This document shows positions 40,645-53,460 of a stretch of DNA of 64,000 nt, one piece after another. A program made the translations under genes and the position numbers. How positions within the stretch are numbered: position 1 is the stretch's first letter; each line of letters opens with the position of its first letter. The stretch is from Octopus vulgaris (Eukaryota): positions 102,176,001 to 102,240,000 of the forward strand of contig OX597821.1 of the NCBI GenBank assembly GCA_951406725.2. Direction: 5' to 3'. The notes beneath the pieces were generated by a model that saw only the letters and a program-made list of their open reading frames with translations, was not told the origin of the DNA and did not search any database.

Positions 40645-40770
40645 GATTGCTGCAGTGACTGGATGAAACATTGGTGGTGGGTAGTTTTACTGTTGTTACT
40701 GAGTGTTATTGGAATCATCATTGGAACCATTCTGGCTCTAGTTCCTTTAAGGTCCAACCATGAAGATTAA
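40645..40770 (+). CDS. Uncharacterised tail-anchored membrane protein, terminal coding exon (TM helix)
   Basis: Strong acceptor tttctttctctctttctgttacag at 40644, phase 0. Encodes DCCSDWMKHWWWVVLLLLLSVIGIIIGTILALVPLRSNHED*. AATAAA at 40784-40789. Confidence 0.8.
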   Translation, partial: DCCSDWMKHWWWVVLLLLLSVIGIIIGTILALVPLRSNHED

Positions 40771-42657
40771 TGCCTTCATTGCAAATAAATGGATAAAGAA
40801 GAGGTTGATAGTGTAAGTGAAACTAAATCAAATATATGTATTAAAAATATTCTTTTGAAAATTTGTCACTGAAAAATATCCAAAAATATCACATAATCAC
40901 TACAACATTTTATATTTGTCCAGGTACTTGTATACACACACACACACATTCGCTTTTTTTGCAGCTTGAGTAACCATATATCTTCTCTATAGCAAGACAC
41001 CTTTCCTATACTTTAACCTCTCATCACCTATTATAAAGTCACTTCCCCCAGAATACACTCCACTCATCTGAGGCGGCTTATCTTGCCAGTTAATTGGTGA
41101 CCTCATGTGTTTTCTCAGTATGCTCTGTAAAATGGTTGGTGATATGAAGAACATCCAGCTGTAAGAACCATATGAAAGCAGACAGTTGTTTGGCAGTCCT
41201 CTGACTTGTCAGCACCTGTTAAACCATCCAACCCATGCTAGCATTGAAACCAAACATTAAATAATGGTGAAAATAATGTTGATGATGTGTGTGTGTGTCT
41301 GTGTGCACCTCCTCATCTTTTTACATCTATTTTTCATGCTGGCATGATACACATAGATTGTCAACATCCAAAGCAGTTCTTATTCAGAGTTACTCCTTGC
41401 AAAACAGGTCAGAAACCACACCTTGCTTATACACTTCATTTTGGCTAGAAGCCTTTCCTATCACCAATTGCTTTACAATGTGCTCAAGGTGCAGTTTTTG
41501 GTGGCACATTACATAAGCGATGAAAATTTTATCACTGGCATCTTGTCTCATCAAAATAAAAGATGATGTTCATGAAAGTGGCAGGTATTTTTTCTAGCAC
41601 CTCATTCTTGCAATCACCCACAGTAATGCTTGAGTGTTTAGGGTTGCTTTAAAATTTTTTAGAGAGAATTACCAGTGTACTTGTGCATAACTGAGAGTGA
41701 GTGTATGCTCTTTTGACCAATTTTTATTGTTCTTCTAGGAACGTAATAATTTTTTGTTTTGAAAACTATGAAGCCGAGTATTATTTATTGGTAAATTAAG
41801 AAAAAAAATACTGGTTGTGAATCACTGCGTTCTCTGTTCAAATTTCCCAGTTGATTTTCCAATGTGCTTTTGTGACATTCTTACAATAAGTAACAAAACT
41901 ACCAGACTGTTGATTCAATCAAATATTCTTCTTCTTTAAAAATGATGTTGACCATTTTTTTTTTCAACGCTAGAAATATTTTTCATTGAAAAAAAATTGA
42001 TCTATTTCATTCTTATATATAAATCGGACTATAAAACTGCAATAACAAGAAAATATGGAGGGGAAACAATGCAATGTCTCAGAAATGATATAAGGGAGAT
42101 AATTTTATCTAAAGAGTTCGATGATGGGAGATAATATTTCATAGTAATGGCATAGGAATTGTTAGCTTCAAAGGTGATAAAGACAAATAGAATGTATTAT
42201 TATTGCACCGGTTTTGTTGAGTTATTCACCAGCATGTTACCATATATCAACTTTTGTATATCATTGAACTGACGCTGGCTATTACCACCTGTTGTTGACA
42301 GCTGCTAAATTAATAAACATAGGTTCTCAAGAATGTAGTTTGAGTTCAAATTTCAATAAAAGTTGATCTTGCCCTGTCTTACTGTGAAGTCCATAAAGTA
42401 AATTATTATACAGGCTGAAGAGACATATGATCAATGATGTTCAAGCCGTAATCATCTTGTCTCTGTTTTAGTCAGGAGCTGGACAAAACTGCCGTGAGAA
42501 CCCTCTCCATTAAAGTAGAAATAAGGATAAGAGTCCCTTAGTTCAAATGTGTGCTGCATGTTCTGTTTGTTGAGAGCTGAACATGCTATTCATATGAGGT
42601 CTCATGACAGCATTTATTAATTAACGAGGTAGCCTTCTTCTGTAAAGTGGTTTCAAC

Positions 42658-42699
<42 letters not shown>

Positions 42700-42749
42700 A
42701 CTCATGTAATATTTTGTCTGGGTTTTCACATTTTGGGTTCATTGGGAAT

Positions 42750-44490
42750 ACATGAAAGAGTCATACCCAATGACTAGTGTAGCAGCATCATAGCCAAATG
42801 CTACAAAGGTAAAGGTGATGCCTAAGATACAAATAATTACAGAGGTATCAAGTTATTGGATCAGGTGATGACAGTCATGGAGAGGGTCATAGCCCAACTA
42901 ATTAGGGAGAGAGTTAGTTTAGATGAGATGCAGTCTGGTTTAAACTAAGGAGAAGCACCACTGATGCTATATTTCTGGTAAGACAGCTGCAGGAGAAATA
43001 CCTAGCCAAACATAAAAATTTCTGTACTTGGCTTTCGTTGACATGGAGAAAGCCTTTGACAGGGTCCCCCAATCCTTATCTGGTGGTCAAAGTGGAAACT
43101 AGGAATAGATGAGTGGTGAGTGAGAGCTGTACAAGCGATGTACAGGGATGCTGTCAGTAAGGTGAGGGTTGGCAACAAATATAGTGAAGAATTTCGGGTA
43201 GAAGTAGAGGTTCACCAAGGTATAGTTCTCAGCCCCCTCTTATTCATCATAGTCCTCCAGGCAATAACAGAGGAATTCAAAACAGGATGCCCCTGGGAGC
43301 TCCTCTATGCTGATGACCTTGCTTTAATAGCTGAGTCACTATCAGAACTAGAGAAGTTTCAGGTGTGGAAGCAAGGTCTAGAATCGAAAGGCCTTAGAGT
43401 TAAACTAGCAAAAACCAAAGTCTTAATAAGTAGGAAGGCAGACAAAGGACCTTTTGCTTGGAGTGAAATGTAGACTATATGATGCATGTGTGTTGACAGC
43501 CATGCTACACAGCAGTGAAACATGGGCTGTGACTGCTGAGGACATGTGTAAGCTTGCAAGAAATGAAGCTAGTATACTCTGCTGGATGTGTAATGTCAGT
43601 GTGCATACATGACAGAGTGTAAGTGTCCCGAGAGAAAAGTTGGACATAAGAAGGATCGGATGTGGTGTGCAAGAGAGACGACCGTGCTGGTATGGTCATG
43701 TGTTGCATATGGGTGACAGCTGTGTGGAAAAGTATCAAACCCTAAGAGTGGAGGGAACCTGTGGAAGAGGTAGACTCAGCAAGACTTGGGATGAGGTGGT
43801 GAAGCATGACCTTCGAACGTTGGGCCTCACAGAGGCAATGACAAGTGACCAAGACCTTTGGAGATATGCTGTGTTTGAGAAGACTTGGCAAGCCAAGTGA
43901 GACCATAACCATGGCCTATGCCAGTGTCCCACTACCAGCCCATTTAAGAGGACTCTTCAATTACTGGGCAATAAACTGAGCTTGAGAAGACCTGTTGAGT
44001 CAAATAAAATCATTGTCGTGGCTGATGCCAGCACCACCTGACTGGCACCTGTGTCAGTGGTACATAAAAAGTAACATTTGAGCGTGGTTGATGTCAGTCC
44101 CAATGGACTGGCTTCCATGCCGGTGGCACATAAAAAGCACCATACAAACATGGTCGATGCCAATGCCACCTGACTGGTCCCATGCTGGTGGCATGTAAAA
44201 AGCATCATTCAAGTGTGGTCATTGCCAGTTCCGCCTGACTGGCTCCTGTGCCAGTTGCATGTAAAAAGCACCGTTCAAGTGTAATCGATGCCAGTACTGC
44301 CTGACTGGCCCTTGTGCTGTTGACATGTAAAAAGCACCCATTACACTGTTGGAGTGGTTGGCATTAGGAAGGGCATCCAGCTGTAGAAACCATGCCAGAT
44401 CAGATTGGAGCCTGGTGCAGCCACCTGGTTTGCAAGTCCTCATCCAACCCATGCCAATATGGAAAGCAATGTTAAATGATGATAATGATG
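42750..44490 (+). mobile_element. RTE-clade LINE, 5'-truncated and decayed reverse transcriptase plus 3' UTR
   Basis: Translates to CYKGKGDA..NNYRGIKLLDQVM, AFVDMEKAFDRVP, VHQGIVLSPLLFIIVL, ELLYADDLAL and WYGHV...GTCGRGR with stops and frameshifts. The 3' UTR has about 60-bp tandem repeats (44010-44340) and a (gat)n tail. Confidence 0.95.
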
Positions 44491-47400
44491 TCATTTTCCT
44501 TGTTTGTTAATATCAGTAAATTTGGGCATTGCCATCAAGTTTATGACAAGGAAGAGATTGGTTAAAATATAATAGAATCCATGTGATATATTGTTTGCCT
44601 GGGATTCACATTACAAATGATGGTTGTGCATGTAAGCTGAAGCATTAGCGAAAGTTTTCTGAAGTGCTGTTAGATTGGTTGTTTTGTGACTTTGGATGTT
44701 AGTATTTCAGAAGTTTACTCCAGAATTCCTTGAAGAGTCAATCCTATCTTTTGCAGTAGACTGACAACTCCAAGTATGTTTCGATCTTATTAGACCTCAT
44801 TAAAAAAAAAACATAGTTTATTTTTATTATCAAATTTTAGACTGACTAGATAAGATGTGAGATTTTTCTGAATGGATAGTGAATGACATGATTACTATGT
44901 AATTGTGAACATGTTAATAGTGAATAAAAGTGTCACTTTCATTTGAATTCCTTTTTGGTAAACAGTAACTTAGTGGTTTGGTCAAAGTGACCAATAGAAT
45001 AAGTACTAGACTAAAAAAAAAAAGGACTGGGGTTGATTCATTCGACTAAAAATTCTTCATGGCAGCGCTGCAGCATGGCCATGGTCGAATGACTGAAGCA
45101 TGAAAAAGATAAAAGACGTTAAGAATTTTTACTAAAACTGCATGGACGAAATTTGGGATAGAAGGCTACCAGAGGAATAGCATTTAAAATTCATAAGACG
45201 AGTCTTGTCACACAGAGAATCACACTGATTCTGGCTGAGTATTAGGTGAAAGATACCTGTATTTGTAGATTATCCAGCCACTAATGCTGTTAAGTTTCAT
45301 TGATCAACCAAGTGGTATACTTTTTCATAATCAAAATCGATAGAATAGCTACAAAGTTATTATTTGCGAGAACATTAATTTGGGTTAAAAATCAAGCTAA
45401 CGTGAATGGGGATTCTGCATCAAGTCTTTTTGGACTCTACTTAGCTCATGCTGTATCCTAGTTAGGTGCAAAACACAAAACATTCTATAACAGAAAATGG
45501 TGTAATGTTACAAATATTGATATCGTACAGCAGGTGTGGTTTCATTTATAAGAAATTAGATGAATAAATTGAAAATTAATTTCTAAAATATATATATATA
45601 TAAAAGTTAATAGAAGCGTCACATTCATTTTAATTTCTTTTTGATAAACAGTAAAAATGTAATTTACTAAAATTATGGATTTGGTGCTTTTCTACACGAT
45701 AGTCAAAGGGAGATAAATCCTTACAGTAACAAATTCTATTGCACAGCAAATATTGAAATTGTCAGATTATTTTATCCGAGATATTGCACCGCTGCAGTCA
45801 TTAACCACATAACCAAGCAAACTCTTCTGATTCAGCAAACTTATCGAATCATTCCAGCCGTGACCATCTCGTTATATCAAGGGGTACATTGTCCAATACC
45901 TCTTTCTTAAGGATGGCAGAGTAGATTTTAAGCAAATTTGGTTGCTAATTCTATTGAGTTGAATGACCACATAGAAGCTTTCTTGTTGTTGATCCTTCTT
46001 CAATAACTGTTGATGGTTTGTTTTCTCTTTTGCTTGGAAAAGGAGTTATTTGAATACTGGTACCATTTTAGTATGTGGAAGTCGCTGAAGTTTCAAGTCT
46101 GCTAGTTTAAATTTATTTTGATGTTATTAAGTTGGTCCCTGAAATAAGGTCCCATCTTTTATTTTCCAAGTAAAATTTTTGTCAAAATTAATATTAAAAA
46201 AATAGAAATAACAAAGTAATTAAAATAATGGTTTAAAATTTTGGCATAAGCCAGCAAGTTTGATGGAAGGGAATAAGTTGATTACATTAACCCATGTACT
46301 TGACTGGTACTTTGCTTTTCATCCTTCGGAAGTCAATAAAATAATGTCGACCAAAGTTGAATTTGAACTCAAAATGGAAAGAGCTGGATGAAATGTTTTG
46401 CTGCATTTTGTCTGACACACTAATGATTCTGCCAGCTTGCTGCTTTAAGAAGGAAAAAAATGTATCATATTTATCCTCAATTAACATTCATCTTTCCCAC
46501 CAGCCAGGGTTGGATGATTTGGCGGGATCCATTGAGCTGGACTGTATTGAGCTCCAATGCCTGCTTTGACATGGTTTGGATACCCTTCCAAACACCAACC
46601 ACTTTACAAAATGTACTGAGTGCTTCTTCCATGATACCAGCACTACAAGGTGACTAGGTAACTAACAAGACAAAGAAAAGATGCTTGACTAAGTAGGGTT
46701 GTAGCAAAGAGGGTGATGGCTTTATACCTTGCTACAGAAGAAATACATGGCTTCTCTGCAGTATATAAGGGCATGCGGGTCTAGCTATAAAGAAGACAAT
46801 ACTGGTGAGGATGAGGCGTCAGAGCATAATCTCAAAGCACAAGAAAGTGATTAGAGAGAATACAGACAAATAATCTTAGATGAATTCATTCAAGTATGAA
46901 AGGAGAGTAACAGACGGTTAGAGATGGGTGTTGAAGTGAATGGAATAAGGGAGGTGTCGTCAATGGTATGTATCAGTGTGAGGGGGAGACGAAAGAATAG
47001 GAATGGCTCAAGGAGATGATAAATTGCAGTACAAGAAAGGAAGATAGCAGCAACATAATAAACTTATGCACAGTACTTAACCTATTAACACTAGTCCAAG
47101 GGAAATAACTCTTTCATCCATTAATATCAGTTCATGGGAAATAACTCTTTCTCAATATTTTTCAATATCAATATACCACCACCACCTGTCTGTCTGTCTC
47201 TCAATAGAACTGCTACCCCCGCTATCTCTTTCTATCTATTTTTCTCTTCAGCTAACTTTTTAACCACGTAATAAGTATTCCTTCCCCTTTTTCTGTCATT
47301 CTTCTCTTCTACCCTCAGCTGACCACGTGATGCATTTGGCCTAAATGTATTAATATTAATCAGCTTTCTCTACTTCCTCTCTCCTTTCTTCACTCCCTCT

Positions 47401-48825
47401 CTCTCTACCTCTGCAATTAACTAATGTATAACTGGCAAATGAACATGCAGATTATTATATATACAGATTATAATATATATATATACAAATTTTTTTCTTT
47501 CTTTTTCAGTAACAAAGAAAAGAGAGAAAGCAATTTTGTTTTCTTCTGCATCGACCAAAACTAAAGACAAATTTTTGCAACAATGTATTTCCCCACCAAA
47601 ACAGGACACCTTTAAAATACACATTTTCTTCTTTTCACCATTTACTTTATATATATAACAACTTGTAAAGTTTATTCAATGCCAATTTTTAAATCCTTCT
47701 GTCCAACCAGAAGACATCATAAACAGAGTTCATCAACAATCTACAGAAGACTTCTGCGAAAAACCATAATTTGATCTAATAATATAATTAATCAATCATT
47801 TACTAACAAACATTTATTAAGTATGCAATGCACTATCATTATTCTGTCTAATTTGTACACTAAGCACCAACTAGCTTATCATCTAGTTGTGCTTAATTTA
47901 ATAAACTCTAAAACATGACTGTGTGACTAGAATGTTTGTTCTGTAAGTACATGGATCCAGATGTGATCTTAGTGTGCAACTGTCTCTTATCTTGCCTTGA
48001 TATTCTCGTATGGAACTTGATAGAAGGAAACTGTGTAGAAACCTGATGTATGTATATATAAATATATACACATTCAGACATATACAGCACATATACATCT
48101 TTTCACTTCAAGCCTAGTTCCATTTTCTTCTTTCAGTTATTTTTATTCTTTTAAAGTCCACTCACTCTCCTACTTCACATCTCAATACCATACACACATT
48201 TCTCTCCCTATCATTTGTCTACTCTCAATATATCTTTTATTTTATCACTTTACCTCTCTAATTCCCATTTCCTGTTTGCATTTCTATATATTTCAGCATC
48301 TGCTTTCATGACTTCCTTTCTCACTTGCTGGCCTCTTCACCCCTCCACTCACCACACACTTAGTCAATCTTCCACCTATCTATTTATCTCTCTCAGGACA
48401 GTCTTCGTCCCACCACCATATCAGAAAGGGAGGAAACCAACAAAAAAAAACACACATTTGGCATTTTATATTTTAAGCTATACATGTTTTTATGTATGTG
48501 AATCTGTACCTGTATTCATGTTTACACACCAATTGTTATTGTGTTCCTTTAAAGTTTATGAATTAGTAATTTGGTTAATAGAAATTGTTAAAATAACAAC
48601 CAGACTAGAATATGTAATAGGGTCAGTATGATGGACTTGTCAGTACTCAAGCATGGCTGCAGTCCAAATACTGAAACTTGTAACTAACTTTTTAAAACTG
48701 TTTTGTATTTGCCTTTTATATATTTTACAATTTATTTGAATAAATTATTTAAAAATTAATTAAATTTTATGTTAATATTGTTATTTATTTTAAGCAAATA
48801 TATAAGGATATATTCTTAAATGAAG

Positions 48826-49100
48826 TGTGTGTGGCTTGGTGGTTCGGGTGTTGCACTCATAATTGCAAAATTGTGGTTTCAATTCCTGGACCAGGGAGTG
48901 TGTTGTGTTGTGTTCTTGAGCAAAACACTTCATTTCACATTACTCCACTGTAAACGAATTACCCTGCAATGGATTGGCATCCTATTTAAAGGGAATGTCA
49001 TGATTTTGGTCAATTATACACTTTAGACCCAGTGGGGTGGCATCAGTTGAAAGCTACAACATGAAGAAGCACATTATGACTAGTGGTGGATAATAATGAT
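48826..49100 (+). mobile_element. Old tRNA-derived SINE related to the element at 62686
   Basis: A-box tggcttggtgg, B-box ggtttcaattcc, gagcaaaacac core, and a 3' part ggggtggcatca...aagcta shared with 62686-62948. Confidence 0.6.
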
Positions 49101-49257
49101 ATTCTTATGTATTTAGTCTCCCTGTGAGCAATATCAAATATAAATAAACTAAAATAAATTGTTGTCAAAATAAAAAGCCAATGGAAAAAAAAAGAAGAGT
49201 AAAGGAAAAAAAATTATAAAGAGTTGTTTTTTAATTAAATATTTTACTTTATTTTTT

Positions 49258-49719
49258 TTACCAAAATATCTCATATTTTTCTTGAATGTTTTTAATATTC
49301 CTAGAGAGAGATTCTTTTATTTGTGATTCTTTTAGAACAGTGAGAAGATCAAACATTGAGTCCAAAAGATGACACACAAAAGAGGCACTTATCTTAGAAT
49401 CATTCACTGATATTAAATTCATTGATATTTCTTGTAAATCTTCTTTGTTGCCTGAAGTTTTCAAATTTTCTAGATTGTTTGTTTTCGTTTGGAAATGAAT
49501 ACCACCAGATTCCAGTTTCAATGTTTGATCAAAGTAAAGAGATGCATAGGAGTTTAAAAATGATGTGGTTTCAACAAGATATAGCAATACGGTTTCACTG
49601 TTAAACCATGGCAGAAACTTAAGGATCAAAACTAAATTTGAAAATGTCTGGGATATCACCAAAATGGCGAACAACACATTTGTAGTTTGGTTGAGAACAT
49701 TTTCTGAAAGAATTAGTTT
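49258..49719 (-). CDS. GEMIN4: GEMIN4-like, terminal coding exon
   Basis: Acceptor tttatattccag, phase 0. Encodes KLILSENVLNQTTNVLFAILV...IQEKYEIFW*. AATAAA on - at 49253-49248. Confidence 0.75.
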   Translation of the reverse strand, partial: KLILSENVLNQTTNVLFAILVISQTFSNLVLILKFLPWFNSETVLLYLVETTSFLNSYASLYFDQTLKLESGGIHFQTKTNNLENLKTSGNKEDLQEISMNLISVNDSKISASFVCHLLDSMFDLLTVLKESQIKESLSRNIKNIQEKYEIFW

Positions 49720-50456
49720 CTGGAATATAAAATAAAAAGAAAATAATATAAAATAATATAAAAAAGAGAAAAAAGAAAGAAAAGTGCTGGAAGCCTACCA
49801 ATTGGTTAGCTGGCCAAATAACCAGTCAATGGTTTTTAAAAAAAATGTTTATGTTGCCTGGTGCAGTAACAAATCTGCCAGCTTGCTGCCCTATACTACT
49901 ACTACTAACAATAATGATAATAATAATAATTATGGCTTCAAATTTTGGCACAAGGTCAGCAAAGTTGGGGGAGGGGGATAAATTAATTACATCAACCTCA
50001 GTGCTTGGTTCTCATTTTATCAACTCTGAAAGGACGAAAGGCAAAATCGACCTCAGCAGAATTTGAACTCATAATGTAAAGATAGACAAAATGCTGCTAA
50101 GCATTTTGCCCAGCGTACTAATGATTCTACCAGCTTGCCGCCTTACTACTTACTACTAATAATAATAATCCTTTCTACTAACAGCACAAGCCTGAAATTT
50201 TGGGGTGAGGGTTAGTTGATTATATAAATCCCAGTACATAACTGGTACCTATTAAGTCGACCTCGGCTGAATTTGAACTCAGAACACAAGGAGTGATGAA
50301 CTGTCACTTGTCACTAAGCATTTTGCCTGGCATGCTAATGATTCTTCCAGCTCACCATCTTAATAATAATAATAATAGGAGGAGTCAGGAAGATACTCTG
50401 CAAGAAATGGAAACAAAATTGAAAGAAGAAAAAACTCATAATAATGTGTTGCTTAC

Positions 50457-50572
50457 TCTAATCACAGCTAGAATATTGTTGAGCACATGTCTGCTACTAT
50501 TGGCATCTAGTGGACCCTGAAGAACTGCAGAATCAATAAGGATCTGACATAATCCAGAATATTCTTGTAAAC
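50457..50572 (-). CDS. GEMIN4: GEMIN4-like coding exon
   Basis: ctattttag acceptor, AGA|GTAAGC donor. Phase 1 to 0 bridges the neighbours. Encodes (G)LQEYSGLCQILIDSAVLQGPLDANSSRHVLNNILAVIR. Confidence 0.78.
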
Positions 50573-50647
50573 CTAAAATAGTGGAAACGAAAAATATACT
50601 ACAAAAAAATCTCATGTTTAATATTCAAATGATTTATACAATTGAAT

Positions 50648-51200
50648 CATCATCATCATTTAACATCCGCTTTCCATACTAGCATGGGTTGGATGATTTG
50701 ACTGAGGACTGGCAAACCAGATGGCTGCACCAGGCTCCAATCTGATCTGGCAGAGTTTCTACAGCTGGATGCCCTTAACGCCAACCACTCCGAGAATGTA
50801 GTGGGTGCTTTTATGTGCCACTGGCACGAGGGCCAGTCAGGTGGGACTGGCAACGGCCACGCTCAAGTGGTGTTTTTTACATGCCACCTGCATAGGAGCC
50901 AGTCCAACAGCACTGGCAACGACCTCGCTCAAATGTTTTCCGTGTGCCACCAGCACAAGTGCCAGTAAGGTGACACTGGTAACGATCACGCTCGGATGGT
51001 GCTCTTAGCACTCCACTGGCACGGGTCCCAGTCATTGAATTTGCAAATTTGACTTGATTTCGATTTCACTTGCCTCAAAGGTCTTTGCAAACAGAGTTTA
51101 GTGTCCAATGAAGGAAAGGTATGCATAAGTGGGCTGGTTACACTCCTGGTATAGGCCACGGGTTATGGTCTCACTTGGCTTGCCGGGTCTTCTCACAGAC
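50648..51200 (-). mobile_element. RTE LINE 3' fragment
   Basis: (cat)n tail at the left end, then the reverse of the conserved core, the tandem repeats and the ORF end (gagaagacccggcaagccaagtga). Confidence 0.85.
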
Positions 51201-52644
51201 TAAAAGACTGACCTTCCTATTGATTTCGCTGAACTCTTGTTGATAACTTATTTGTTTCACACAAAATACACTAACAAACCTCATGTACTTGGTAGAGCAG
51301 TAGGAATTTCTGGTACCATAAAATGAAGTCATATCCTAGGTTGGAGAGGACTTTTTAGTCCTGTTGAGGATATAGCTACCTCTCTAATGCTAGTGCCATG
51401 ATACAATGCACCCAATACACTGTGTAAGGTGGTTGGTGATAAGAAGAGCATCCAGTGGTAGAAATCAAGCCAAGGATCAGATTGGGGCTTGGTGCAGCCT
51501 CCTGCCTTGCCAGTCAAATCATCCAATCCATGCCAGCATGGAAAACGGACGTTAAACAATGATGATGATGAAATATACAAAAAAGCAGGGTGAGTGTCTT
51601 CTACTACAGCTCCAGGCTGACCAAAGCCTTGTGAGTGGATTTGGTAGTCAGAAACTAAAAAAGCCTGCTGTATATACTGTGTGTGTATGTGTAGGGGTGT
51701 ATTTGAGTGTGTGTGTGTCTGGTTTCCTTGTCTGGTCATCATGCGATGACTGCAAATGAGCATCACTGTTATAAAAGAGATGATGTTTTTTTTCCAGTCT
51801 GTCGTGAAAAACATGTCTGGCAATGGAGAAATATTATCTTGTTTAGGAAACAGGTGAGAGTTGGCAACAGGAAGGACATCTAGTTGTAAAAACCACACCA
51901 AACAGTCAAGCCAGATGCAGTCTTTTGGCTTGCCAGCTCCTGTCAAACTGTCCAGTCCATATGACAGCATGAAAAATGGACAGTAAATGATGATGAGGAT
52001 CACACACACACACACACATGTATTAATGTATGAGTATATGTGTTTGTGTGTGTGTATGTGTGTTTACAGCAGACTCATGCCTGGTAAATCCATGGGACAT
52101 GGATTTTTTTCTGAAGGTAAAGTACAATCATGTGAGGTTTGAACTTAGACTGTAAAGAGACGTAACCAAATACCACACAGTACCGACCTCTAACAATTGT
52201 ACCATATCAGTGTGTATTTTTGAAATTCCATTCCAAACAAACCTAGTTTTCCTTCTTCACATACACACAGAGAGTCAGACATGCACATCAACAAAGAGAC
52301 TTCTATATGGTTGTTTGACTCACAAGAAATAGCAACCAAACATCCCTTGAGTCATATGCTACAGTCTTAAAAATGGAAGGACATGATACAGAATGTAGTC
52401 TCTGATAAAATAAACCTGGAGAGATGCTCACACTGAACTGTCTTTTGAGCAGAGATTTGGTTTTGAATAGGGAACTGCCCTGAGATTGAACATCAACATT
52501 AAATACATACAAACATGCATCCTGCATTCCTGGATGCATCTTGCCTTCCCAGATGCAACCAGCATTCTCACATGCATTCTGCATTCACACATGCAAGCAG
52601 AAAATATAAATAGTGAAATATTGAAAAGAAAAAAGAAAACTTAC

Positions 52645-52777
52645 CTGTAATATCGAAGAAAGGTACAACTGGGAGAAAATTTGCTTGACAAGGCACAACA
52701 AGTTGTTTCTGGTGTAAAAGATGCTTCAAAAACTGACAAACCAGAATACATTCTGAACTTAACAAATTAGGAATTAG
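52645..52777 (-). CDS. GEMIN4: GEMIN4-like coding exon
   Basis: ttttctttttcag acceptor, G|GTAAGT donor. Encodes LIPNLLSSECILVCQFLKHLLHQKQLVVPCQANFLPVVPFFDIT, resembling my recollection of vertebrate Gemin4 QVMPWCSPQEW...[20 protein letters not shown]. Confidence 0.8.
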
Positions 52778-53154
52778 CTGAAAAAGAAAATTGACAATAG
52801 AAACTACTATGTGATGCTCCAGCATGGTCACCCAGCCCAATACTAAGTGATTAGTGAAAGAATAAAAAAATCATCATCATCAACATTTAACGTCCGCTTT
52901 CCATGCTAGCATGGGTTGGACGATTTTGACTGAGGTCTGGCGAACAACCAGATGGCTGCGCCAGGCTCCAATCTTGATCTGGCAGAGTTTCTACAGCTGG
53001 ATGTCCTTCCCAACGCCAGGAAATAGAAGTATATATTTTCCATGGCTAAGAGACATGAGCATTTTTACACATACATATACAAAGGATGGATGTTTAGTTT
53101 CTGCTTATCAAATTCACTCAGCCTGAGGCTGTAGCTAAAAGTGCCACACACACA

Positions 53155-53460
53155 CATCATCATCATCATCATCATTCATTTAGCGTCCGTTTTCCATGCT
53201 AGCATGGGTTGGACGGTTCAACTGGGGTCTGGGGAGCCCGAAGGCTGCACCAGGCCAGTCAGATCTGGCAGTGTTTCTACAGCTGGATGCCCTTCCTAAC
53301 GCCAACCACTCCGAGAGTGTAGTGGGTGATTTTATGTGCCACCGACACAGGTGCCAGACGAGGCTGGCGAACGGCCACGCTCGGATGGTGTTTTTTATGT
53401 GCCACCGACACAGGTGCCAGACGAGGCTGGCAGACAGCCACGCTCGGATGGTGTTTTTAC
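53155..53460 (-). mobile_element. 5'-truncated RTE LINE 3' end
   Basis: (cat)n tail at the left end, reverse core, and two near-identical about 60-bp internal repeats. Confidence 0.85.

Noticed and set aside
43120-43900. Reverse transcriptase ORFs as a functional gene
   Set aside because: Multiple stops, frameshifts and an internal deletion mark a dead LINE copy.
44010-44340. Regularly spaced repeats resembling a CRISPR array
   Set aside because: The whole about 60-bp unit is repeated with no unique spacers. It is part of an RTE LINE 3' UTR in a eukaryote, with no cas genes.
47510-47770. Strong + strand acceptor at 47509 and short open frames
   Set aside because: All frames stop within about 50 codons, with no recognisable product and no matching upstream donor.
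49619-49801. Alternative-frame ORF over the GEMIN4-like last acceptor
   Set aside because: It stops early. The exon at 50457-50572 supplies phase 0 and selects the long frame.
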